The notes under the pieces are model-generated. The model was not told the origin of the DNA and did not search any database. It worked only from the letters and a program-made list of their open reading frames with translations. From the NCBI GenBank assembly GCA_031835245.2, contig JAVKOQ020000010.1, positions 310,001 to 374,000 on the forward strand: a DNA stretch of 64,000 bases, read 5' to 3'. Made by a program: the position numbers and the translations under genes. Below, piece by piece: positions 1-10,510 of this stretch. Numbering within the stretch: the first letter of the stretch is position 1; each line of letters opens with the position of its first letter. This stretch comes from Balamuthia mandrillaris. Lineage: Eukaryota.

Positions 1-1911
1 GCATAAGCAATTATGGCAACATTTCTACCTTTTCTAGTGGTATAACCTGAGTTGAGGTTTGCAAGGAATTCTATAATTGGGTTTAAGAATAATATGAAAA
101 GGAGAGGTGAGAGGGGATCGCCTTGTTTTACACCTCAAATGACTGTAAAGAGGGGAGAGTCTCCATGTGGAGTGATGACAGTGGTTGTTGAGTCTTTGTA
201 AATTCCTCTAAAGACATCAACTGCTGGATCTTCAAGGCCATACAGTTTAAGGGTTTTGAAAATAGCTTCATGGGGTACAGAGTCAAAGGCTTTTTGTATA
301 TCTACATATAGAGTATGCAATGGGTGATTGTGAGAAGCTGCATCCTCTATGATGCATCTCAGGGCAGTGATGTTAGAGTGGGTAGAGTGGTTTTTCCTGA
401 AACCAGATTGATAGGTAGAGAGGATATTTGCCTTGTGGAGTGCTTTTTCTAAGCGTTGTTGTATAAGTTTGGTGTATACCTTATAAATAATTGTACATAA
501 GGCAATTGGTCTGTAGTTCATTGGAAGATCAGGGTTGCCTCCTTTAAAGATTGGGAATATTTTTGTGGTGTTCCACTCTTGTGGGAGTTCCTTCTTTTTG
601 TGTACTTCATTTAGGGAGTCAAGGAGGGAGGAGAGGTTACAATCATCTGTGAGTTTGAGTAGCTCTACTATGACATTATCACTACCTGGAGCAGAGTCAT
701 TCTTAAGTGTTTTTATACACATTTTTAGCTCCTGCATAGAAAATGGGGCTGTTATTTGGATTGTTGTTTCTGGGTGCATTTTCTTTTGGAGGGATTGCCA
801 GTAGCAGTTGTTATCAATATCTGGAGGAAGGGGGCGTTCTTTATACATATTTTCTCAGAAGCGGCCAACATGTTTAGTGATTTTTTCTGGGGTCACGGAT
901 GTTTTTGTGGTGTTATCTTTTGCTAAGTAAGTACTACTGATGAGTTTGTGGAGGTGATTCTTTTGCTGAATTGTTTTTCCTAACTCTGGAATTGAGAGCA
1001 GGTGTTTTATTTGTTTGAGAGGTGGGATTGCCTTTTTGGCTGCATTAACATATTTGAGCATAATATTGTGAGGGTTTGTTGGAGTTATATCAAGTTCTAT
1101 ATTAAGTAGTGTGTTAAAATATTCTGTGTCTTCTGTGGAGGGTTTTCTTTAATAAGGGAGAAGGCGTTTCTTTGGGATGGTTGGCCTAGTGCACTGAAGG
1201 TTTATTGTGGCTGTAATAGGTTTATGGTCTGTTGAGATGTTTGTTTTGCCAAGTTTAGTGGAGATGAGTTTTTCAATTCTTTCTGTGAGAAAGTAGTCTA
1301 TGCGGGTCCTTTGTGTGTATTTTCTGGTGGAGATGTATTGTTCATAGGTAGGTGTTCTAAGGTTATCATTGAAATGTAAAAATGCATCTTGTAGGTTATG
1401 GCGCTCCTTAAACTGAGAGAAGTTTTTGTTAGGTTTGCCATTTCCATTAGAGTTGTTACGAGGATCATCATAGGCATTGAGGTCTCCACAAACTGTAATT
1501 GGACCTTTGTTTTTAAGGCTGATGAGGTAATTGTTGATGTCTCCATTCCAAGACAGCATTAAAGACAGGGTGATGGCAATAAAGCTAAGGGGGTTGTAGG
1601 AGTTGAATATACCCTGCTAGGAGGGATGGGAAGATGAAGGCAACTCCTCTGTGGTTGTTTTTGTCTGTTGGGATACTGGAGGTTATTGTAGTAAAGTGTT
1701 TTGGAACAGACCTGGTCCATTTTTGTGTTTTAGTTGCACATTCCTGTAGGCAGAGGATGTTTATAGAATATTTTTTCTGCATTTTTAAGAGTTCAGGAAG
1801 TTTATTGGAGATTCCTCCTTTAATATTGAGAGAGGTTATATTTAGAAGCATATTTGTTGTGAGGAGAGGAGGAGGAGGAGGAGGGGTTGGTGAGTTATTA
1901 TTCATCTCCAT
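1..1911 (-). pseudogene. LINE ORF2 (endonuclease-reverse transcriptase), disrupted
   Basis: Split over ORFs 1585-1911, 1149-1559, 855-1061 and 135-848, and continues below 135. Stops at 135-137 (TGA), 855-857 (TGA), 1149-1151 (TAA) and 1585-1587 (TAG). Confidence 0.9.
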
Positions 1912-3737
1912 AGCTTTTAGGTCTGTCCTTCTTTAGAGAAATAAGGGCTGGTCTCTTCCTCTCTGGGTAGTTAAAGGAGACTAACATTGCAGACGCCAGT
2001 TGTTCTCGGAATTTAAATGTAACATAGCCAAAGCCTCTACTCTCGTTGCTTTCTGGGTCTCTTTTGATTTCTATTCGTGCAAAGGTGAGCCCTTTTGCTG
2101 TCATTTGCTCACTGAGGGTCTTTTCGTTGACGTATGAGGGGAGGAAGCCTATCTAGCCAACCACTTGTGCAGAGTTGCCGAATGACATTTGGAGGGATAA
2201 GGGGGTGTTGTTTATGGTGAGAGTCTCTTTCTTGAGGGCTGCTTCCATGTCCTCTGTTTGTAGGAAGTTGACAATGAGTCCGCCGCTGTCTGGGAGGTAG
2301 ATGTCTCTCATTGGTTTGTTAAACTGTTTTAGTATTGTTTCTGTGGGGGGGAGATTGAGAGGGAAGGCGGAGATGTAGACTGTGTTTTTACGGTCTATGT
2401 CGATGTCCCTTAGTTGGAGGGCGTTGATGGGGGCCACCTCATGGTTGCCTGACTTGAGTTTCATCCTGGCTTGTGTTGCCTGTTCTTGCATGGCGTAAAC
2501 TGCGATTGCATATTTTCCCTCTTTTTGTTGTAAAATAAGAATGGGAATGATGACGGAGACAAAGTAAGTACGAGACCCGAACTTAATTTACTAAAAGTGA
2601 AGAGTACAAGTGATAGTAAAGTATCTTGTGTTTTGTTGTAAGTTGTCCTGAGAGGAAAAAGAAGAAGAAGCAAGGAGAGGCAGTATTTAAGCTAGAACAA
2701 ATATCCAAAAAAGAAGAACAGAGAATATCAGCATAAAAGGGCAGAGAGAGAAAACAACAAGAAAGGAGAAGTTCAAGAAAGGAGAAGTTGGACATCGAGA
2801 GGTTTCCTCAGGTCGACAGGCATGAGGGAGAGGTCGACAGGAAGAGAAGAAGGGCTATTATGTTGGAGTTTTCCAACATTTTGAGACCTTAGAGAGGGAG
2901 GTATCAAAGCCGGTTTTGGGGGTTGTGTTTAGTAGGTCCTGGTAGTTGCCAGTCCAGTTTAGAAGGACTGCTACAGGGTATTTTTTTGTTGCTGCTTCTT
3001 CCCCTCCTTCCGCCACGGCTTGGAAGATGTCTCCTTGGGTTTCCTCCAGTTCTTTCCTTTTTTGTCTCCTGCTCTCGGGGTCGTTGTTGGGCGGGGTTTG
3101 GGCCGTTCTGGGGGGGAGCTGGTTCTTTTTTGTGGGGTAGCGTCTTGTCGGGCGGCTTCGTAGTGGTGGAAGACGGAAGGGGGGAGGGTGGCTGGTTGTC
3201 GTTGTACTCACCATTGTGTTGAGGGTGGCCGCCTCGGTGTCTTTTTGGACTCGTGAGAATTAGGGGAGACCCCTCAGGTGTATAGGTTTTTGTCGACTTT
3301 ACCCTGCCAGGCACTTTTCCCCGTGCCTGGTCTTTGATGTGGATGTTTGTTTTGTTGGTTGTGTGTGTGTAAGGGGGAAGTGGTTTATTATGGAGGGGAG
3401 TGTGGGGTGTATTGTGTGTTTGTGTGTTTTTTCTGATTAAGATTGTGAGGGTGGTTACCATTTTTGGGGTTACGGGGAGTTGCGTGCTGGGTGGCTTATG
3501 TTTCCGTGTTAGGAGTGCCGGGTCAGGGGACGCTGTGGAGAGAGAAGACTTTTGAAGTGAGGGGAGATTATTACTATGATGCTGTTTGATGCTGTTTGAT
3601 GGGCGGTTGTTTTTAATCAGGAGACCGTCCCTCCTGAGCCCTCGGAGAAAATCTACAACGAGGTTGTGTTTTGTTTTATAAAATAGGGGGACACGCACCC
3701 CCTTAGAAAATAAATAAATAGTAAAAGTCTCTCTCAT
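1898..3737 (-). pseudogene. LINE ORF1-like RNA-binding protein with 2-3 RRM-like domains, disrupted
   Basis: Segments TVYISAFPLN...LIVNF, IGFLPSYVNEKTL...IKRDPESNESRGFGYVTF and KYAIAVYAMQEQATQA. In-frame TAG at 2153-2155. The terminal stop at 1898-1900 overlaps the start of ORF2. Confidence 0.7.
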
Positions 3738-4004
3738 CTCCTCAGCGTTTTGTGGGGGGGGGGGGACAAATCAAAATTTTTTCTTTTTCCTCCTGCGTGG
3801 CACCTTTCTCATTTTTTTTTCTTGAAATTGCTGAAATCCTATAATAATTTATGGCAGGAATCTACGAGATTTCATTAACCACAAAATTTTGTCGACAGGA
3901 AATAAATTAAAAAATAAACTATTTTTTTTTGTCCATTTTTTTCTATTTTTTCTTTTTTTTTCTTTTAAAAAATAATAATAAAAATACTTGTTTTAAAAAA
4001 GGCT

Positions 4005-7000
4005 TCAGTTGAGCTTCTTACAAACTTCGGAGAGAAAGGTCATCATGCTCAGCTTATCCGGCACCCGGATGTCGGTGATGTCTTCCGGGTCCAACAAAAG
4101 ATTGACCCCATTCGCCTCAAACGCGGCAAAGGCCTTGTACAAGCGTTGCTTCGGGTCCAGAGCATCCACCTGCGCCCAATCCGCCCCGCATTTGGCGTGG
4201 GCGATGGCGTACATGGCCTTGCCATCGCTCCAGCTGGTGGTGAAGTTCTTGACCTCCACGCCGTCGTAACCGAGGGTCACGTTTTGACACCATTGCAGCA
4301 GGCCGCCCATTCCTACCCCAATTCCGCTTCCGCCTCTTCCTCCGATCCCGCTCCCGCTTTGAGCGCGCGGAAAGCTGGGAGAGGAAGGAGAGGGAGAAGC
4401 GGGATTGCTGTGTGGAAGAGGAGACGCGGAGATGGAACGTCCTGCTGCTGCTAGGGAGGGAGGCGAAGAGAAAATAGCGCTTTTGCTTCCCCCAGGAGCT
4501 CCTCTTCCTCTTCCAACAGTAGGAGGAGAAGACGCAGGAGCAGGAGACGAGGCAGAAGAGGCAGGCTTGAGTTTGACGCGAGTAGGGTCAAATGCTGGCA
4601 AAGCCACTGCTCCCACTGGTGGGGTTCTTTGTTGTGGAGAGCTTCCGTTGGTAGTTGATCTTAGTTTAACAGCAGTTGGGTCAAAAGGACCGAAGCCCAT
4701 GCCTCTCCCTCTTCCTCCTCCTCCTCTTCCAACAATCATCGATTTGGAACCACCGGTAGAAATGTTGTTGGTATGGTCTGTTTCTTTCTCTGCCTCCTCT
4801 TCTGAGTCGTTTTGTGGAGAAGTGCTGATGGGACCTTGTACTAGAGAAGGATGAGAGAACTTGATGCGAGTGCCATCTTTGTTGAGCCCACGTCGCGAGG
4901 CTTTTCTGCGAGGCTTCATTAATGGCTTTGATTTGACGAGGTGATCTTTGTTTAAAGAAAAAAAGTTAGGATAGAACAACTTGATGATACAAACAAGAAA
5001 GCAAGGAAAGTACCTAGTGTTCTACTTCGCTGTTTAAGAACAACAGACAAGAAGGAACCATCTTCTTCCTGCTCTCCAGTAGGCTGAGACCTGTCTTCCC
5101 ACTCTTCAGCTGGCCGTTGTTGTTGCTGTTGTTGTTCTAGGGCTTTCTTCTTTCGTCTTTCTTCCAGTAATTGCTTGACGCTTCCTCCTGTCTGTTCAAC
5201 ATCTGGCAGTTTTGATCCTGCATCTCTCTTTTCCTGTTCTTTCTCCCCTTTCTTTGCAGGTTCTGGTTCTAATTCTTGTTCAGCTGCAGGTTCTTGTACC
5301 TGTGCTTGTGCTTGTTCTTCTTCTTCTTTTGTTTCTTCCTCATCTTGTGCTTGTTCTTCTTCCTCTTCCTGTTCCTCCAACATTGCGGCCTCTTGTTCCA
5401 ATCTATGTATCTCCGCCTCCATCTCTGCTAATCTCTTTTTCTCATCTTCGTCCTCCGCTCCTTCTACTCTCCCATCTTCTACCCATTCATTGTCTTGTTG
5501 GTCCTCAGCAACATATTCTTCCTCTTCTGCGTATGCTTCGGAATAGGTTTCTTCTTCTGGTTGTTGTTGTTCATCTTCTTCTTCTTCTTCTTCTTCTTCT
5601 TCGTATTCTTCGTATTCTTCATCATAATATTCTCCCTCATCATAAGGATACTCTTCTTCTTCGCCATACAATTGTGCTTCTCGGAGCAACCGTTCCTCTT
5701 CCTCTTGCAGTCGCCGCATCTCTTCTTCCATTTGTCTCGCTTCTTCTTCCAATCTTCTGGCTTCTTCCTCATCAAAGTCACTGAACTTTTCTTTTTCATC
5801 CTCTCCCTGTTCCTCGTCTTCGTTGTGATCTTGGCTTTCCAAAGCTTGTTCTTCAATTCTCTTGCGCTCCACCAGCTCCTGTTCCTCTTGTAGTCTCTTT
5901 CTTTCCGCTTCCTCCTCCGCTTCTCTTTTCTTTCTCTCCCCTTCCTCTTTTCGCTTTTGCTCTTCTTCCAGTTCCTTTCGTTCTTCCTCTTCCTTCTTGG
6001 TTCTTTCTTCTTGCCTCTTTCGCTCTTTTTCCTCTTCGTTTCTGAGACGCTCTTCCTCTTCTTGTCGTTTCCTTTCCTCTTCCTTCTTTCTCTTTTCTTC
6101 CTCTTCCATTCTCGTTCTTTCTTCATCTTCTTTTCTCTTTCTCTCCTCTTCTTCCTTTCTCTTCCTTTCTTCCTCTTCTTCCTTCTTAATTCTCTCCTCT
6201 TCTTCCTTCCTCTTCCTTTCTTCCTCTTCCTGCTTCCTTATTCTCTCCTCTTCCTCCTTCCTCTTCCTTTCTTCCTCCTCTTCTTTTTTCTTTCTCTCTT
6301 CCTCCTTTCTCTTCCTTTCTTCCTCTTCCTCCTTTCTTTTTCTTTCTTCCTCTTCTGCTTTCTTTATTCTCTCCTCTTCCTCCTTCCTCTCCCTTTCTTC
6401 CTCCTCCTTCCTCTTCATTTCTTCCTCCTCCTGTTTTTTCTTTCTCTCTTCCTCTTCCTCCTTTCTCTTCCTCTCTGCCTCTTCTTCCTTTCTCTTCCTT
6501 TCTTCTTCTTCCTTCTTCTTCCTCAATTCCTCTTCTTCCTTTCGCTTGCATTCTTCTTCTTTTCTCTTTCGTTCTTCTTCCTCCAGACATTTTCTTTCCT
6601 CTTCTTCTTGTTGTTTCCGTTCTTCCTCTTCTTTCCTCTTTCTCTCTTCTTCCTCTTGCCGCTGAAGTTCTTCCAGCCGTTGTCGCTCTTCCTCCTCTTT
6701 TCGTTTAAGCTCTTCTCTGCGCTGTTTCTCTTCTTCCTCCTTCCTTATTAACTCTTCTTCCCGCTTTCTTTCTTCCTCCTTTCGTTTCTGTTCTTCCTCT
6801 TCTTCTCTTCTCTTTCTTTCTTCTTCCTTTCGTTTTATTTCTTCTGCTTCCTTCCTCTTAATGTCCTCCTCTTCTTGTTGTCGTCTTAGTTTCTCCTCTG
6901 CTTCCCTCATTCTAAATTCCGCCTCCTCTGCTTGTTTCCGCAATTCTTCTTCCCTTCTCAATCTTTCTTCTTCGTCCCTCTTTCTCTGTTCCTCTTTCTC

Positions 7001-8902
7001 TTTCTGAATCCTTAGTTCCTCTTCTTCTCTTCTTCTTTGCTCTTCCTCCTCTCTCTGCTGTCTCAACGCTTCCTCTTGTCTCCTCTTCTCTTCTAGTTCT
7101 TTCCGTTTACGTTCCTCCTCCTTTTTGCGTGCTTCTGCTTCTTGCCTTCGTCGTTGGCGTTCCTCTTCTAATTTTCTCCTTCTTTCTCTCACTTCCTCTT
7201 CCTTCCTCTTGAGTTCTGCTTCTCTTTTCTTTCTCTCTTCCTCTCTCTTTTGCTTCATTCGAAGCTCTTTTTCTTTTCTTCTTTGTTCTTCTTCTGCTCG
7301 TTGTTGTTCTCGCCTGATTCGCTCTTGCTCTTCTTCCTTCTTCCTCCTCTCCTCTTCCTCTTGTTGTTTTCTTCTGAGTTCTTCTTCTTCCTTCTTCTTT
7401 CTTTCCAGTCGCAATCGTTCCTCCTCCGCTTCTCTTTCACGCCGTCTCCGCTCCTCCTCCTCCCTTCGCTTTCGTCGCTCTTCTTCTCTCTTCTTCTTCA
7501 GCTCCATTTCTTTTTTCCTCTTCTCCTCTTCCAAATCAACATTTGCCCCGACTTCTGCTTCCAAACACGACAAAAAGTCTTCTGCTTCTTTTGCTGTTTG
7601 TCTCTTTCTTTCTTCTTCCTTTTGTTTCCAAGCTGCTAATGGGTCCTCATCTCCGTTTTGAGATACAGCCTCCAAAATGTTGCTTGCAAAAGAACGTTCC
7701 GCCGCGATTCTTTTCTGTAGTTCCTTAGCTTCCTCTTCTTCTAGCTTTGTTTGTTTTTCCTCCTCTTCCTTCCTTTTCTTTGCTTCTTCCGCCTCTTTCT
7801 CTTTCTTTTGAAGTGTTTGTTCCACCCGAGAGAAAGAAGAAAATAAGTCGTCGCCACTCGCCAAACTGCTTCCTCCAAAGTCTGCAAAGAGATCAGTTGT
7901 TGCTGTTGCTGTTTTCGTCGTTGAAAGTGTTGGTTCTCCCAACAGCGAAGCAAAGAGATCGTCTTCTTGTATCGTTGATTTCTTTTCTTCTTCCTTCTTC
8001 TTTCTTTCTTCCTCTTTTTGTGTTTGTTGCTGCTGTTGCTTTTCTTGGTCTTCCTTCAAATGTCTTTCCTGTTCTCTTCGTTTCTGTTTTCGTTCTTGCT
8101 CTCGTCTTTCTCTCTCCAAACGTAACCTCTCCTTTTGTTCCGCTAATTGTCTCCTTTTCTCCTCCCTTTCTTTCTCTCTCTGCTCTCTCTCCTTACTCTC
8201 CGCCTCCATTTTTTGCCTTTTCAGCTCAGCTGCTCTTTGCTTCTTAGCAGCTTCTTCCTTCTGACGTTGCTCTCTTCGTTGTCTTTCCAATTGTTTGCGC
8301 TCCTCTTCCTTCCTTTTACGCTCCGCTTCCTCCTCTTCGCTTAGTTCTGTGCTCATTAAAAGTGGCATCAATGAGGCATCCACTTTTTGTTCCTTAGCAC
8401 CTTCACTCTGTGTGGTTTGCTTCTGTTGTTGTTTCATAGAAGCAAACCAATCCATCGCTGTTTCCAATTCTTGTTCATCCTCTTCGAAAAGAGAGAGAGG
8501 AGAGGAAGATTTTTTTGCTTCTGTTGCTGACGCTTTGTTTTGATCTTCCGATGTTTTGGTAGGAGATACCGCAGTGTTTATCTTCCATGACGCTAAAGGA
8601 TCTGTTTTAGAAAACGCTTCTCCTTCCTCATCGTCATCGAATAAACCTTTGGCGCTGGCGAACAAGCTGTTGTTCTGAGTTTTCAAGGATTGAAGAGAGG
8701 GAGAAGGAGAAGCCTTCTGTTCGCTTGAAGGGGAAGAGAGATCGTCGGCGTTGTTTTGTTGGGCAGATGGCAACGATGGTGAAGACGGAGATGCAATATC
8801 GAGAAGGAGTTCTTTGGTTAAGGAGGAGGCAAGCTCTTCTTTCTTTTTTTCTGGCAGGTTGGATCCGCCTTGTAAAAAAATGAGACAATAAATTGGAAAA
8901 AG

Positions 8903-8934
<32 letters not shown>

Positions 8935-9898
8935 ATAAAGATAGAGTAGGTGAACAAACAAAAAGAAAGGAGAAGAAGCACGTACAAGTAAAAATAATGC
9001 GTTGTGCAGAGACACGATGCAAAATGTTGCCTTCCTCTGTCTTCCACTTGCTTCCCACCGGCAATTCCTCCAAAGAGCGTATGAGCAACGAAGAAGTCTT
9101 CTTCTCTTCATTACTCTCCAACACAGGAACCAACAAAGCACCTCGTGAAGAGAGCGAAGCCTCTCTTTTTTCATCCGCATCTTCTTTGTCCGTTTGAAGG
9201 AAGTGCCACTCTGCCTCAAAGTCTCTCAGCACCTGCTTCGGGGAGACCACCACTTCGGGGACAACATAAAGGTCGCCGCCGTCGTCGTCAAACAAAGCGT
9301 CAAAGCCATCTTTCTTTCTTTCTGGAGCGGCAGCGAAAATGTCTTCTTCCTCGTCCTCCTCGTCTCCTGCCTTGTCGTCCTCTTTGCCGAAGCAGAGCAA
9401 AGAGGCGGAACTGTCGTCATTTCTCAGAGCGGCAGAAGGTAGCAGAGAGGCGTTACGACCTCGCCTTGCTCGGCTCGTCGTGGAAGAAGGCGCTGGGCTG
9501 TCCAGGAGTTCTTTGGCGTTGGCAAAGAGGTCCACAACCTCTTTCGCCTCCTCCTGCTTTTCCTCTTCGGCGATGGAAGCCTCTCTGGAAGCGGTACGAG
9601 AAGAGGCAGCACTTCTTTTGCTGAACGGAGAGGAGAAGGAAGAGAGAAACGAGGACGTGGCAGTAGCGGAAGAAGAAGTAGAGAGAGGAGAAGAAGAAAC
9701 GGGAGAGGAGGAAAGTGGCGAGGAGGAAGAAAGCGGAGAGGACTGTTTATGCCTGGCGGGTGCCGGCGAGGAGGACGGAGTGCTGCGGCTAGCGCTCCTA
9801 CTTTCCGTGGCAGCAGCCGCGGGGGTGGGCGCGGCGGGCGGTGAAGCCGGAGCGTTCGCACCGCCCATACCGACCATGCGCAACAGATTGCCAAACAT
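4005..9898 (-). CDS. Large cytoskeletal protein with a long E/K/R-rich helical region and a C-terminal calponin-homology domain (smoothelin/cytospin/MICAL-type CH); spliced
   Basis: C-terminal LLQWCQNVTLGYDGVEVKNFTTSWSDGKAM...LLLDPEDI...PDKLSMMTFLSEV. A GT-AG intron at 4946-5013 joins ORFs 4952-9898 and 4005-4979. A second CT-rich intron lies near 8870-8985. Confidence 0.85.
5860..7500 (-). repeat. Low-complexity coding repeat (EEEERKRK-like units)
   Basis: Dozens of EEE(E)RKRK variants; TC-rich on the + strand. Confidence 0.9.
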
Positions 9899-10510
9899 TT
9901 TTTTTTTCTTTTGCTGCCCCCTTCTTCCCCCTTTGCCCTTTTTTTTGTTGTTGTGGAAAAGATGAGATCAAATGAAAAATAAGACAAGCAGTGAGTGACC
10001 TTTTCTCCAAATAAAAATAAATAAAATAAACAAGGAGGAAAAAAAGGGGTTTTTTGTGAAAGAGAGAGAGAGAGAGAGAGAACCTCGAACGGACGACCCA
10101 AGAAGAAGAAGAAGACAAAAGAAAAAAAAAACAAAGTGGTCTTCTGTTCTTCTTCGTTTGCTTTTTCTTTTCTTTTGTTGATCAGCGCAAGCGAGCTCCA
10201 ATGGTGCAGGAATGGAGCAGGTTTTCTGCAACTAAAATTCAGTCCTGCAACATTCGACAACGAATCGAGCTCGAATGATGCTCCTTTGCTCGAGTTCGTG
10301 TCGACATTTACCAAAACTCTGACGTAATTCTACCAAATTAGGTAAAAATTTACGTCCGTTCAATTTTTGTCGTTACGACAAAAAAAATAATATAGAAAAA
10401 ATAAATAATAAAAATAAGAAGAAGAAGAAGAGGGAGGAGGAGGAGGAATGCGAGGAGGCCTGTGGTAAGGGAACTGGTTCCGGTTTTAAAGAACAACTGC
10501 AAGCACTGGA

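Larger units (their letters stand above)
1..3770 (-). mobile_element. Decayed non-LTR (LINE-type) retrotransposon: RRM-containing ORF1, then APE endonuclease + reverse transcriptase ORF2; runs off the left edge of the window
   Basis: APE motifs SLNIKG, ILCLQE, VCGDLN, RIDYFL and STDHKPI. RT motifs APGSD, NYRPIALC, QSGFR, DIQKAFDSV, GVKQGDPLSPLLF and IIAYA(DD) at the window edge. RNP-like SRGFGYVTF in ORF1. The 5' boundary near the G-run at about 3754-3765 is approximate. Confidence 0.92.

Noticed and set aside
135..2155. In-frame stops as evidence for a variant genetic code or programmed readthrough
   Set aside because: All three stop types occur, and only in the LINE, along with a frameshift. 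Host genes terminate normally with TAA, TAG and TGA.
5175..8543. Many long + strand ORFs rich in S/F/L
   Set aside because: They are antisense shadows of the E/K/R-rich coding repeat; low-complexity sequence simply lacks stops.
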